Assembly: GCA_031285625.1 (NCBI GenBank)
Contig: JAITVV010000062.1
Location: forward strand, 1-47,070
Direction: 5' to 3'
Source of the DNA: Prevotella sp.
GTDB lineage: Bacteria; Bacteroidota; Bacteroidia; Bacteroidales; Dysgonomonadaceae
Length of the DNA: 47,070 nt
A program made the translations under genes and the position numbers. The notes under the pieces are model-generated. The model did not search any database and had not been told where the DNA came from. It was given only the letters and a program-made list of their open reading frames with translations. This document shows, piece by piece, positions 7,729-19,128 of the stretch (position 1 is its first letter; each line of letters opens with the position of its first letter).

Positions 7729-10227
7729 CTATTTAATATTTATAATAGTTTCAGTTGATTTCAACCATGGGGACGTAAATCTTACTTTTATTTTTCCTTG
7801 TTTACCTGTAGCCTGTATATATGCCAGTATACGGCCGTGGAAAACACGGTGTTTGTTATCAGTATAATCAGACATATCTTCATTGTTACTTGCTTCTAGT
7901 CCTAATAGCCTGGCAGGGCCTTGTATCTGACATGTTATTTCGTTATCAGATAACATAACAGGTATGCCGTTTTCATCAACTACCTGCATTACAATCTGGG
8001 CCAGCCCCTTGTCTTTACTTATTTCTTTATCAGAATTCAGTATGCTTAGAGCGTAAGGTTGTCTTGAAGATTGTATCGTATAGCGGGCCGTTTCTTTCCC
8101 GGTTTTGTCCATTCCTATAACCTCCAGTTTTCCATCCTGATAAGGAATATCCCAAAAGATAATACCTGTATTGTCATCATAATCTTTTGTTTGTCCTACT
8201 TCTTTCCCTTCCAGTAGTAATCGTGCTTTTTGCGTGTTTGTATAACATACTACACGGATGGATTGCCCTTCTTGATAATTCCATATCGACCATGCATCCA
8301 TAGACGGTATTTTTTCTTCGTAGTTACTGCCTTCATTTTCAGCATTGAGTTGAGACCATACATCTTTTACCTGACTTTTGCTACCTCTGCCCGGAGTAGG
8401 GTAAGTTCCCAGATAGGCCATTGGTTTGTCTGACCAAAGTGACTGACGGAAATATCCTCTTGGCTTGATAAAGCCACCAAAATCAAGCAAGCCTGAATAG
8501 AACCCTCTGGAGGGCCATCTTCCCGATTCTCCCAAATAGTCAATACCGGTCCAAAGAAATTGCCCGAATACATGTTCATTGTCTCTTACTGCTTTCCATG
8601 CTGCAAGTTCATGACGGTTTTCACTACCATATATCACGCGGTTAGGATATTTTTTATGGTCATAATCATATCGGTTCTCAGTATAATTATATCCTGCAAT
8701 ATCTAAGGCTCCGGGATATTCTGTCTCATTCGACATAGCAACACCTGCTAAGCCTGCTGTTGTGGGGCGTGATCGGTCATATTTCTTTACAACAGCAACC
8801 AATCGTTTTGCTATATCTCCTAATCGCATTGCGTCAGGGGCATCTTTCTTATATCCGCCAAATGTAGCCTGAGTGAAACCTGTATTTTCTCCTCCATCCA
8901 AAACAGGATGGGAATATGGGTCATTTGGATAATCGACTTCATTTCCTATACTCCATGCAAATATTGAGAGATGATTCCTGTCGCGACGAATCAGATCAGC
9001 AAGATCTTTCTCTCCCCATTCTTCAAAGAAGCTGAAATTTCCCTGAAATCCCGGAGTACCTACATTCCATCCCTCGAGCCATTTTCGTTTGGGATATTCC
9101 CATTCATCATATGCTTCGTTGAGGACTAACAATCCCAACTCATCGCATAGGCTGTATAGGTCTGGGGCCTGTGGGTTGTGGCTGGTACGGATAGCATTTA
9201 CACCAATTTCTTTTAAGGTAAGCAATCTACGTTTCCATACTTCATATGGAACGGCGGAGCCTAACACCCCTGCATCATGATGGATACATACCCCTTTCAT
9301 CTTCATCCATTTGCCATTTAATGCAAATCCTTTATCCGGATCGAAAGTAAATGATCTGAAACCTGTTTTGGTTATTGTTGCATCTATCTCTTTTCCATCT
9401 TTAAATACAGTGGTTTTAAGACTATATAAGTCAGGATTGTTCAGATCCCATAAAATAGGATTATTTACTTTCAAATCTGTAGTAATTTTCCCGTTTTGAT
9501 TTGCTGCAACTAATATTTTCTGGGTATTCTTCGCCACCATCTTATTGTCCGGACCTATCAGTTCATTTGTTATTGTCAGATTGGAATTATTAGTTGTATT
9601 ATTTTCCAGTTCAATTTCGATATTTAATTTTCCAACTCCTTTTTCTATTTCAGGATATGCATATACACCCCATTGGGCTATGTGTATAGGATTAGCATAA
9701 ACAAGCCATACGTTACGGTAGATGCCGGAGCCGGTATACCATCTTGAGTCGGCTGACTGGCTGTGATCTACACGAACGGCTATTATATTGTCTTTTCCAT
9801 ATTCGATATATGGGGAAGCATCATACATGAAAGAAATATAACCATTCGGACGTTTGCCTAACGAATGTCCGTTAATAAACACTTCACTATGATTATATAC
9901 TCCCTCAAAATAAATATATGTTTTTTCTCCTTGCTTTTCGTAGGGAATATTTATTGTTTTTCTGTACCAGCCGATACCTCCTGGAAGATAACCTGTGGCA
10001 CTGGCTAAAGTAGGGCTGAGTTGTTCTTTTACACTCCAGTCATGTGGTATTTCTACCGACTTCCACATAGAATCGTCATAATCCTTTGATTTAGCCTCCG
10101 GAATATCGGATAAAGAGAACTTCCACGAAGAGTTAATTTTCTCGGGTTGACCAAAAGAAACTTGTCCCATTACAGATATGGATACTATGCATAGTACTGC
10201 GGTCAGAAATAACGTAGTAATTTTCAT
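7729..10227 (-). CDS. Glycoside hydrolase family 2 (beta-galactosidase-like), secreted
   Basis: PHDWS, FEGVY, SRWYTGSGIYR, IRTSHNP, WSIGNE (acid/base), YGSE (nucleophile); signal peptide. Confidence 0.92.
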   Translation of the reverse strand: MKITTLFLTAVLCIVSISVMGQVSFGQPEKINSSWKFSLSDIPEAKSKDYDDSMWKSVEIPHDWSVKEQLSPTLASATGYLPGGIGWYRKTINIPYEKQGEKTYIYFEGVYNHSEVFINGHSLGKRPNGYISFMYDASPYIEYGKDNIIAVRVDHSQSADSRWYTGSGIYRNVWLVYANPIHIAQWGVYAYPEIEKGVGKLNIEIELENNTTNNSNLTITNELIGPDNKMVAKNTQKILVAANQNGKITTDLKVNNPILWDLNNPDLYSLKTTVFKDGKEIDATITKTGFRSFTFDPDKGFALNGKWMKMKGVCIHHDAGVLGSAVPYEVWKRRLLTLKEIGVNAIRTSHNPQAPDLYSLCDELGLLVLNEAYDEWEYPKRKWLEGWNVGTPGFQGNFSFFEEWGEKDLADLIRRDRNHLSIFAWSIGNEVDYPNDPYSHPVLDGGENTGFTQATFGGYKKDAPDAMRLGDIAKRLVAVVKKYDRSRPTTAGLAGVAMSNETEYPGALDIAGYNYTENRYDYDHKKYPNRVIYGSENRHELAAWKAVRDNEHVFGQFLWTGIDYLGESGRWPSRGFYSGLLDFGGFIKPRGYFRQSLWSDKPMAYLGTYPTPGRGSKSQVKDVWSQLNAENEGSNYEEKIPSMDAWSIWNYQEGQSIRVVCYTNTQKARLLLEGKEVGQTKDYDDNTGIIFWDIPYQDGKLEVIGMDKTGKETARYTIQSSRQPYALSILNSDKEISKDKGLAQIVMQVVDENGIPVMLSDNEITCQIQGPARLLGLEASNNEDMSDYTDNKHRVFHGRILAYIQATGKQGKIKVRFTSPWLKSTETIINIK

Positions 10228-10336
10228 GATATAATAATTTGCATTTATTTATGGGCAAAAATATACTTTGTATGAGGATATGATAGAGCTTGTATCGAGC
10301 AAGTTTGGTTAGTAAATTCGTCATTTTACAGTTTGG

Positions 10337-13300
10337 CTATTTACTGTTCATTATTTGCTTTATATATTCTGAAGGTACCATACCAAACTCTTCTTTGAAG
10401 CATTGCCTGAAATAAGTGATGCTGTTTATTCCTACCATATATGATATTTCAGATATGGTATATTTTCCGGTTAGCAGTAATTGTTCTGCATTACGTATCC
10501 TTACCTTTCTTATGAATTCGTTTGCAGACATACCGGAAAGAGCTTTTATTTTCCTGTAAAGTGTAGAATGGCTCATATTCATCTTCTCTGCAATAAATGT
10601 GACGTCAATTTTATCCGAATCCAGATTCTGTTCGATAATAGAGGTTATCTTTTCTATAAATTCATTGTCTATCTTACTTAATGAATCTATTATTATAGCG
10701 TTTTTATTTACAGTATTGTTGTTTATCAGCTCTGCTACTTTTCGGCGGGCTTCCAGTAAATTTATAATGCGGCTTTGCAGCAATCCTGCACTGAACGGTT
10801 TTGTAATATAAGACTCTACACCGATATTGTAACCCTCTGTACGATCTTGTATAGAATCTTTTGCGGTGAGGAGTACAATCGGAATATGGCTTGTCCTTAC
10901 ATCCTCTTTTAAGATTTTACTTAACTCGAAGCCATCCATCTCGGGCATCATAATGTCACTTATGATTATATCGGGAATATGGGTGTAAGCTGCTTTTAGC
11001 CCTTGTTTGCCATTATTAGCTGTATAGACTTTATATTGTTCCGATAAAGAACTGTAGATATAATCCCTGATATCTTCATTGTCTTCTACTACCAGTATAA
11101 TCTGTTTTGAATCGGATTTCTCTACATTTTCTGTTTCTATATCCTTTTCTGCAATGTCATCGCTAGTAGCATCAATATGTAAAGCATCCGGATATGCATT
11201 ATCTGATAGTATCCTGAAATGGAAAGATGTACCTTCTCCCTGTTTGCTGTTCACGGATATAGTGCCTTGATGTATCGATACCAAATTTTGAACAAGAGCT
11301 AAGCCAATGCCTGTCCCTGATACTTGCTGGTCTCTTTCCGCTTGATAATACCTGTCAAATATTCTGGATATTGCTTCAGGAGAAATCCCCTTTCCTGTAT
11401 CTTTTACTTCTATTTCCGTATAGTTTGCATTATTCTCTTCCACATTTCGCAATGTAAGCGTGATATTTCCTTTTTGTGTGTATTTAAATGCATTGGATAG
11501 AAGATTTTCAAGGATAGTGGTTATTATATCAGGGTCAAAATACAGATTAACGTTTGGAGTGTCTATTATAATATTGAACGAAATACGTTTGTTTGTATTA
11601 AGCTCTTTGTATTTTAATCCTACCTCCCGGATTAATTGGGATATATCGCTTTTATATACACAGAGCTTCTTATTCTGTGTTTCTGTTTTCCTAAATTCCA
11701 GTATCTGATTGATAAGATTTAGCAGACGTGTTGCACTCCTGTATATAACTGATACTTTAGAAGAATATTTTTCCTGCAGACCCGGGTCAGCTTGTAAATC
11801 CTCTAATGGTCCGAGTATTAAGGTCAAAGGAGTACGCAGTTCGTGGGTTATATTCGTGAAGAAACGAAGCCTTTCATTATTTAGCTCTTGTTCCTGCATA
11901 TGATTCTTCTTTTCCAGCGTGAGTGTATTCTCCAGATCCAACTTACGTTTGTAAAACCGAAGTATAAGATAAATAATGGCTAATATAGCTAAAACATATA
12001 GCGCCTTTGCCCACCAGGTCAACCACAAAGGAGGGTTCACTACAATCTTCAGTGAGGTTATATTGTCAGACCATTCCTGATTTTTTACCCTCGATTTTAT
12101 TAATAATTCATATGTGCCCGGAGGAATATTACGGAAAGTTATTGCATTTTCATCCTGAGTATTATACCACAGGTCTTCCAGCCCTTTAAGCATATATGCG
12201 TAATCAACTAGGTGATTGAGGGAATAATCAAGGACATTGAAGGATACATTAAATGTATTCTGATTGTAACTTAATTCGATGTCTGATGTCACAGGTTTAG
12301 TTATTTCATTATCGGGCATATTTATCTGACTGCCGTAAATACTGAATCCTGTAATGATTGTTGCAGGCAGGTCTATCTTGGTAGGTATCATTTCAGGATT
12401 GAAGTAGCATAGCCCGTTTTGTGATCCGAAAAATATTGTTCCTTTTGAGTCTTTTGTAACCGAACCACTCATGAAATCACCAGAAGGTATTCCACTATAA
12501 TGATTGTAGTTGTAGAATTTATTTTGAGAAGGCATAAATCTATTTATACCTCCATTGGTGCTGATCCATATATCTCCCTGTTTATCTTCTGTAATTGCCC
12601 GGATATGGCTATTTAAAATTCCGTTTTGTTCATTAAATACAGTATATTCGTCGATTTTTTCCGGAGAACTGAAGCATACTAATCCTTCTCCCGTTGCAAT
12701 CCACATTTGCCCCTTCGTGTCTTTGTATATATTGTCTACTGTATTGGATGGGAATCCTTTATCAGTCTTGAATGTCTTAACTATTTTGAGATCCTTGTCA
12801 AGGATGGTAAGTCCTTCTCCAAAAAAGCCAATCCATATCTGGCCTTTGTTATCTCTCGAAATAGCGCGGACAAGGTTGTCGGGTAGTTCGGAGTTATCTG
12901 TAGAATATAGCTTTCCTTGCCCGGTAGTAATATTATATTGATATAGACCATTGTTACAGCCTATCCACATGTTTTTTTCATTATCCTCGAAAAAGCATCT
13001 TATATCTTTACTTTTATCATCTATTGGAAGCTTTTTTAGAATATCTTTCTTGTGATCATATATATTCACCCCTCCATTGAATGTTCCAAACCATAGGTTA
13101 TTTTCGGAATCTTTGATTGCTGCCAGAATTGCATCATCTGTAATCTTGTTTGTTTTCTTATCAAAGATTTGTACTCTCTTTCCATTTGCGAAAAGGTTAA
13201 TTCCTCCACCATCAGTACCTACCCATATTTGATCATATTTGTCGGCACATGTACCCCATGCTATCGGGTTGTTAAGTGTATTATTCAATCCGGGTATTGG

Positions 13301-14395
13301 AGAATAGATCCATGTATTAAAAAATGGCGGGTGATGGCTGATAAAGTTTATACCCCCGCCATAAGTGCCAATCCATAAATTATTGAAGGAATCCTGATAG
13401 ACACTTCGTATAGTGGGGTTAGACAAGCCTCTGTTCCCATCATTATATGTAATATTCTCAAAAGAGATATTTTGAGGAGTAAGAAACATATTTTGTTTCA
13501 TATCCAGGATACTTATTCCCCCTTTTTCGGTACCTATCCATAGCTTACCATCGTCTACCTGATTTATTGTATAAACATAATTGGATATGAGTGATTGCTT
13601 GTTTTGTGGATCGTGGCTGAAAGTCGTAAACGATTCTTTATCACTGTTAAAGAGAGCCAGTCCATTATTAGTCCCTATCCATACATTATCATTCCTGTCT
13701 ACATATATGGTTCTTACTTCATCACCGGGCAGGCTTTCCTTATTGCCTGACTCATGTCTGAAATTTTTTATTCTTTTGTCTTTTAAGGACAAAATACTCA
13801 GGCCTGACGATACATGCCCAATATACAAAAAACCTTTGTTATCTTCCATTACAGACCATACGCTATTACTTACCATATTTGGTATGGTGGTACGGTTGTA
13901 ATGTGTAAATGTTCCATTTTTTTTATCAAAATAATCTACTCCCCGATGATATGTAGAAAGCCATAAATTACCATCTGCTGAGTTTGTTATATCAGTAATG
14001 TCATTTGTGACAATACCTGCCTCCCTATCGGGGGTATATTTGTAGTGGGTGAATGTTTCAGTATGACAATCAAACATATTCAGCCCTTCACGCTGAGTTG
14101 CGATCCATATTATATCTGCATATTTATCTGCATATACTTTATTAAGCTCATTTCCACTGATACTATTAGATTCTTGTGCTCCGTTCTTTTTATAAACTTT
14201 AAATCTGTTACCATCAAATCTGTTTAGTCCCGATTCGGTAGCAAACCACAGAAATCCTTTTTTGTCCTGAGTAACGCTTACTACATAATTACTGGAAATC
14301 CCATGCTCTATGCCCAGCTGTTTGATGTCATATAGCTGCGCTTTGATAGATATAAGAGGTATAAAAATAAAGATAAAGAAGAACTTCAGTTTCAT
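10337..14395 (-). CDS. Hybrid two-component system sensor/regulator (HTCS)
   Basis: Reg_prop beta-propeller repeats, TM helix, HisKA THELRTPL, HATPase GTGIGL, receiver DIMMPEMDG, C-terminal AraC HTH. Confidence 0.96.
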   Translation of the reverse strand: MKLKFFFIFIFIPLISIKAQLYDIKQLGIEHGISSNYVVSVTQDKKGFLWFATESGLNRFDGNRFKVYKKNGAQESNSISGNELNKVYADKYADIIWIATQREGLNMFDCHTETFTHYKYTPDREAGIVTNDITDITNSADGNLWLSTYHRGVDYFDKKNGTFTHYNRTTIPNMVSNSVWSVMEDNKGFLYIGHVSSGLSILSLKDKRIKNFRHESGNKESLPGDEVRTIYVDRNDNVWIGTNNGLALFNSDKESFTTFSHDPQNKQSLISNYVYTINQVDDGKLWIGTEKGGISILDMKQNMFLTPQNISFENITYNDGNRGLSNPTIRSVYQDSFNNLWIGTYGGGINFISHHPPFFNTWIYSPIPGLNNTLNNPIAWGTCADKYDQIWVGTDGGGINLFANGKRVQIFDKKTNKITDDAILAAIKDSENNLWFGTFNGGVNIYDHKKDILKKLPIDDKSKDIRCFFEDNEKNMWIGCNNGLYQYNITTGQGKLYSTDNSELPDNLVRAISRDNKGQIWIGFFGEGLTILDKDLKIVKTFKTDKGFPSNTVDNIYKDTKGQMWIATGEGLVCFSSPEKIDEYTVFNEQNGILNSHIRAITEDKQGDIWISTNGGINRFMPSQNKFYNYNHYSGIPSGDFMSGSVTKDSKGTIFFGSQNGLCYFNPEMIPTKIDLPATIITGFSIYGSQINMPDNEITKPVTSDIELSYNQNTFNVSFNVLDYSLNHLVDYAYMLKGLEDLWYNTQDENAITFRNIPPGTYELLIKSRVKNQEWSDNITSLKIVVNPPLWLTWWAKALYVLAILAIIYLILRFYKRKLDLENTLTLEKKNHMQEQELNNERLRFFTNITHELRTPLTLILGPLEDLQADPGLQEKYSSKVSVIYRSATRLLNLINQILEFRKTETQNKKLCVYKSDISQLIREVGLKYKELNTNKRISFNIIIDTPNVNLYFDPDIITTILENLLSNAFKYTQKGNITLTLRNVEENNANYTEIEVKDTGKGISPEAISRIFDRYYQAERDQQVSGTGIGLALVQNLVSIHQGTISVNSKQGEGTSFHFRILSDNAYPDALHIDATSDDIAEKDIETENVEKSDSKQIILVVEDNEDIRDYIYSSLSEQYKVYTANNGKQGLKAAYTHIPDIIISDIMMPEMDGFELSKILKEDVRTSHIPIVLLTAKDSIQDRTEGYNIGVESYITKPFSAGLLQSRIINLLEARRKVAELINNNTVNKNAIIIDSLSKIDNEFIEKITSIIEQNLDSDKIDVTFIAEKMNMSHSTLYRKIKALSGMSANEFIRKVRIRNAEQLLLTGKYTISEISYMVGINSITYFRQCFKEEFGMVPSEYIKQIMNSK

Positions 14396-14519
14396 GATAT
14401 TTACATTGGTATACCAAATGTAGTCATATTTTGAAAATATAGATACTCAAATTAATCATTGACTGATTTGAACCCTATTAATGATTATTTTATACCCCCG
14501 GGTATTGTTGGTCAATACA

Positions 14520-14527
14520 TACCTTTG
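14520..14527 (+). promoter_or_regulatory. -7 promoter element of the PUL operon
   Basis: TACCTTTG 88 nt upstream of ATG 14616. Confidence 0.65.
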
Positions 14528-14615
14528 CCTTGTAATTTATTTAATTGAGGTGCATCAACCGTATTGATGCATACTTTTCTAAGTTATATTATTTCATAAA
14601 CTAAAATCTAATTTC

Positions 14616-16052
14616 ATGAAAACAAGAAAGTATTTAAGCTTTATGCTTGTTCTTTTATTTTTCCTAGCTGGATGTAGTGACGATGATAAGTATTCCGATG
14701 TAGACGGATTGGCTCCTGTCATTGTTCTAGGTACATCTAATATTAAAACCGAACCCGGACGTGAATTTGTGATTAAAGCTAAGGTAGAAGATAAAGATGG
14801 ACTTCGGTCTATAAATCTGAAAAATGCTGGTTTTAATCTGGATAAAACAATCGATTTAACATTGGATAGTATAATCTATTCGTTTGATTTAGATTATAAG
14901 TACAAAACGGTGAAAGATCTCGAAGGAGATAACTTTTCGGTAGAGATAACCGTAACAGACTTAGGTGGCCGTACAGTGAATGAAACTGTATTGGTGACTA
15001 TGGATGGCGATTTTACCAATCCTGTGTTTACTGTTTCTCCTGATGAAGCTATTACGGTGCTTCTAAAAGCTGAGACAAGATTGAATGTTAAGTTTACAGT
15101 AGAGGATGATAAGGCACTGAATATGGTTACGATCAATATTCCTGAACTTAACTATTCGAAAGAGATAACAGAATTTACAAATGCCGGTAAGACTCTGGTG
15201 TTTAACGATCCTATTACCTTGCCATCTACAGTTGCAACTTATAATCTGGTGTTGCGTGCAATAGATAAGTCGGGACTGGAAGCTACAAAGAGCAGTGTTA
15301 TTACAGTATCTGAAATGCCTGACTTTCCAAAAATGTATTTGACAGACGTTACAGATGCATCGTTGATGAATAGTGATATCTTCGGAATCCCAATGCTTAT
15401 AGAACATGTCGGGGAATATACATATAAAGCGCGCTATTACTCAGAAGCAGCTGGTACGCAAATCCGTTTTGTGCCTCAGAAGACAGACTTTAGTCCGATT
15501 TGTTTCGGAGTTGATCCTGAAAATAATAGCTTATTGACTGATGATCCGGATGTTTCTCAACCTATTACTCTTCCGGGTAAAGGGTATTATGAAATCAATT
15601 TTAATGTAAAAACAGGAGCATATACAGTTACTTCTTACGTGCCGACAGATACCCCTGTTGCTATTGGAAGCCCAATGTATTTAAATGCCGGAGAGCCGGA
15701 AGCTGGAACTATTCCTTTGCAAATAGGCCTGGTAGGTAGCGGAGTTCCTGATTCAGGTAACTGGAGTCCTGCTGAACCATTAATCTTGAAACAAGATAAT
15801 GAAAATAAATTCTTATTCTCTGTGGAAATGACCTTAGAAGCTGGTGCTGAAATCGAATTTATTATTCAAACCCAACACTCATGGGGCTGGTGGCCTGAGC
15901 CTTTCTGGCGCTGGGACAGAGGAGAAGATCCGGAATATAATGTTTCGAATGGAGGGGAAAATCCTGCAAAATGGAAAGTTCAGACTTCAGGAAAATATAT
16001 ATTCAAATTTGATTCACACCTGAAACGTTCAAGATTTTACCCTATTAACTAA
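14616..16052 (+). CDS. Surface glycan-binding lipoprotein (SusE/F-like)
   Basis: Lipobox LAGC plus acidic export signal SDDDK; Ig-like N-terminal repeats; GYYEINFN and GKYIFKFD SusE-like module ends; Trp-rich WGWWPEPFWRW; adjacent to susC. Confidence 0.7.
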   Translation: MKTRKYLSFMLVLLFFLAGCSDDDKYSDVDGLAPVIVLGTSNIKTEPGREFVIKAKVEDKDGLRSINLKNAGFNLDKTIDLTLDSIIYSFDLDYKYKTVKDLEGDNFSVEITVTDLGGRTVNETVLVTMDGDFTNPVFTVSPDEAITVLLKAETRLNVKFTVEDDKALNMVTINIPELNYSKEITEFTNAGKTLVFNDPITLPSTVATYNLVLRAIDKSGLEATKSSVITVSEMPDFPKMYLTDVTDASLMNSDIFGIPMLIEHVGEYTYKARYYSEAAGTQIRFVPQKTDFSPICFGVDPENNSLLTDDPDVSQPITLPGKGYYEINFNVKTGAYTVTSYVPTDTPVAIGSPMYLNAGEPEAGTIPLQIGLVGSGVPDSGNWSPAEPLILKQDNENKFLFSVEMTLEAGAEIEFIIQTQHSWGWWPEPFWRWDRGEDPEYNVSNGGENPAKWKVQTSGKYIFKFDSHLKRSRFYPIN

Positions 16053-16071
16053 TATTATAAATAGAATACAC

Positions 16072-19000
16072 ATGAAAAAATATCTAATATTTCTACTCAT
16101 GACCTTGCCTCTTTGCTCTTTTGCACAGAACAAGATAGCCATAACAGGAAAGGTTACATCAGCTATTGATAATGAACCTCTTATTGGAGTTACGGTTGTA
16201 GAGAAAGGTACGTCAAATGGCGTTATGACCGATTTTGATGGCAATTATAGTTTATCTGGTGTTTCTCAAGGCAGTACTGTCGTTTTTTCAATGATAGGAT
16301 TTGTTCCGCAGGAAATAAAAGTCAGCCAGGGTGGTGTTATGAATATATCTATGGTGGATGACACCAAAATACTGGATGATGTAGTGGTTATTGGTTACGG
16401 GGTAGTAAAGAAAAGTGACCTTACAAGTTCCATAACAACAGTAAAAGGAGATGATCTGAAAAATATAACAACAGGAAATGCTTTATACTCACTTCAGGGT
16501 AAAGCAAACGGAGTACAGATCACAGGAGAGGGAGGCCCCGGTAGTGCACCTCAGGTTATTATACGTGGTGTTACAACTATCAATGGTTCTAACCCGCTCT
16601 ATGTTGTGGATGGTGTGCCTATCGGTACCAATATTAATTTCCTGAATCAGGATGATATAGAAAGTATAGAAGTACTGAAAGATGCTTCGGCATCGGCAAT
16701 CTATGGAACCAGAGGTTCGAACGGTGTTATTATGGTAACTACCAAAAAAGGTAGTGCCGGTAAGACCAGATTTCAGGCTAATGCATCTTTTGGTTTCCAA
16801 ACATTGACAAAGCCCAAGATGGCAAATGCTGCAACCTACGAAAAAGTATTTAGAGAAAGATATACCAACGATGGAGGTGTCCCGGTTTGGAATACACCGG
16901 AAGGATCCGGTTATACCGATTGGTGGGATCAGACAATAAATGATTTTGCATATACTCAGAATTACAATATTAGTTTTCAGGGAGGTACCGAAAAGTTTAC
17001 ATATAGTGGTAGTTTAGGGTATTTTCGTCAGAACTCCCAGTATGATGTTGGCTACTGGGATAGAATAACAGGCCGCTTCAATACTGAATATAAATTCAGT
17101 GAATATGTAAAAGCCGGGATTGACTTTGCCCCTCGTTATGAAAGTTGGGACGATACTCCAAATCTATTTGGTGCTGCTATGAAGATGGACCCGACTACAC
17201 CTGTGTATAGGGCTAAAGAAGATTGGACATCGAATCCATTGAATAATTATGCGCGTTCCTATAATAATCAGGAATGGAATCCGGTTGCTAATCTTGCTCG
17301 CCAGAATAAACACAGCAATGAATATGGACTAATGATGAACCCATATGTAAGTGTTGAACCGATAAAAGGTTTGATCTTCCGTACACAGTTCAGTGTGAAT
17401 GCTCGTTTCAGAATGAGCGATGAGTTTACTCCAAAGTTTTTCATTGATAATCTGGAGCAGAATGCTGAGTCTAAAGCCGAGCGTAAATCATATAACTGGG
17501 TAGACTGGAACTGGACAAACACCCTCAGCTATATGAAAACATTTGAAGAAAAACATAACTTTAATTTCATGGCCGGATATACAATGGAACGATTTGCCGA
17601 ATACAATCTGGTCGGTTCCCGCGAAGGTATTCCGAGTAATATCTCAGACTTGCAATATGTGAATGCCGGGACAATTAATCCGAAAGCCGAAGGTACTAAT
17701 ATCTATAGCTCGTTACTTTCCTATCTGGGTCGTGTAATGTATAACTATGACAATCGCTACTATGTGACGGGCTCTGTTCGTGTAGACGGGTCTTCTAAGT
17801 TCCCTTCGGGAAGTAAATATGCAACATTCCCTGCTGTATCAGTTGCCTGGAGAATATCAGAAGAAGCATTTATGAAGAATCAAAGTATTGTTTCCAACCT
17901 TAAATTAAGAGCAGGATGGGGACGTGTAGGGAATCAGAGCATCGACCCTAATGCTTATCTGAATCTGATAGGTGCGGGGGATTATGTTTTCGGCCCTAAT
18001 GGAGACCGTTATGTGGGTACAGCAATCAGTTCGGTTGGAAATAATAAATTGAAATGGGAAACAGTAGAAGATTACAATTTGGGTATTGATGCCAGTTTCC
18101 TTGATAGCCGCCTTGATATTACAGCGGATGTTTTTTCAAAAAAATCAAAAGATATGCTTATGAAAAGACAGAATCTTCTAATTCTTGGATATCCGATGTG
18201 GAATGGTGAAATGTGGACAAATATAGGTAGTATGGAGGCTAAAGGTTGGGAACTGTCTATCAATTGGAGAGATAAGATAAGTGATTTTACTTATGAGGCA
18301 GGAATAAATCTATCCGGCGTGAAAAATAAGGCTAAAACGCTGGTAGATAATACACCTGTACTAAGAGGAGGCTTCTTCAATGATTATATTATACGCAATG
18401 TAGAAGGTGGAGAGATCAGCCGCTTCTATGGATATATTGCCGATGGAATATTCCAGAACCAGACAGAAATCAATAGTCATACAAGCAATACAGGTACCTT
18501 GCTTCAGCCGGATGCACAGCCAGGGGATATTCGTTTCAAGGATTTAAATAATGATGGAGTATTGGATGAAAATGATAAAACATATATTGGAAAAGCATTC
18601 CCTGATGTTATGATTGGTTTGAATATACGTTTAGGATATAAGAATTTCGATTTGGTTTCTAATTTCTATGGTACAATAGGTAATGATATATATAACAGTG
18701 CAATGGGAGGACTATATGCCGGAACTGACGGGCAAAATGTTTTCGCAGATGCATATGATAAAGCATGGAGAGGTGAAGGAACCAGCAATTTCTATCCCCG
18801 CCTTTCTGTTAACGATAAAAATCTGAATTATCGCCGTGTTTCCTCCTTCTTTGTTGAGGATGGTTCGTATTTCCGTTGCAAACTATTACAATTGGGATAT
18901 ACATTACCAAAGAAGATGACAAAAGGTATAGGCATTCGTTTATCTGCCTCAGCGCAGAACCTTTTCACAATTACAGGTTATTCGGGTATGGATCCTGAGA

Positions 19001-19116
19001 GAGCTGCAATGGGAGCAAATGTAGATGGAACTTATCAGGTACTGGAAGCTGGTATCGATAATCTGGGTTATCCTAATCCTCGTACATTCCTGTTTGGTGT
19101 TAACATTAACTTTTAA
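16072..19116 (+). CDS. susC: SusC/RagA family TonB-dependent transporter
   Basis: LDDVVVIGYG, PLYVVDG, LKDASASAIYGTRGSNGVI, LKWET, PGDIRFKDLN, terminal Phe. Confidence 0.97.
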   Translation: MKKYLIFLLMTLPLCSFAQNKIAITGKVTSAIDNEPLIGVTVVEKGTSNGVMTDFDGNYSLSGVSQGSTVVFSMIGFVPQEIKVSQGGVMNISMVDDTKILDDVVVIGYGVVKKSDLTSSITTVKGDDLKNITTGNALYSLQGKANGVQITGEGGPGSAPQVIIRGVTTINGSNPLYVVDGVPIGTNINFLNQDDIESIEVLKDASASAIYGTRGSNGVIMVTTKKGSAGKTRFQANASFGFQTLTKPKMANAATYEKVFRERYTNDGGVPVWNTPEGSGYTDWWDQTINDFAYTQNYNISFQGGTEKFTYSGSLGYFRQNSQYDVGYWDRITGRFNTEYKFSEYVKAGIDFAPRYESWDDTPNLFGAAMKMDPTTPVYRAKEDWTSNPLNNYARSYNNQEWNPVANLARQNKHSNEYGLMMNPYVSVEPIKGLIFRTQFSVNARFRMSDEFTPKFFIDNLEQNAESKAERKSYNWVDWNWTNTLSYMKTFEEKHNFNFMAGYTMERFAEYNLVGSREGIPSNISDLQYVNAGTINPKAEGTNIYSSLLSYLGRVMYNYDNRYYVTGSVRVDGSSKFPSGSKYATFPAVSVAWRISEEAFMKNQSIVSNLKLRAGWGRVGNQSIDPNAYLNLIGAGDYVFGPNGDRYVGTAISSVGNNKLKWETVEDYNLGIDASFLDSRLDITADVFSKKSKDMLMKRQNLLILGYPMWNGEMWTNIGSMEAKGWELSINWRDKISDFTYEAGINLSGVKNKAKTLVDNTPVLRGGFFNDYIIRNVEGGEISRFYGYIADGIFQNQTEINSHTSNTGTLLQPDAQPGDIRFKDLNNDGVLDENDKTYIGKAFPDVMIGLNIRLGYKNFDLVSNFYGTIGNDIYNSAMGGLYAGTDGQNVFADAYDKAWRGEGTSNFYPRLSVNDKNLNYRRVSSFFVEDGSYFRCKLLQLGYTLPKKMTKGIGIRLSASAQNLFTITGYSGMDPERAAMGANVDGTYQVLEAGIDNLGYPNPRTFLFGVNINF

Positions 19117-19128
19117 TCAGTAGTAAAA

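Noticed and set aside
10268-10295. ttgtat direct repeat 22 bp apart as the HTCS binding site of the GH2 promoter
   Set aside because: The position is plausible, but I could not match it convincingly to a repeat in the susC-operon promoter (14460-14500).
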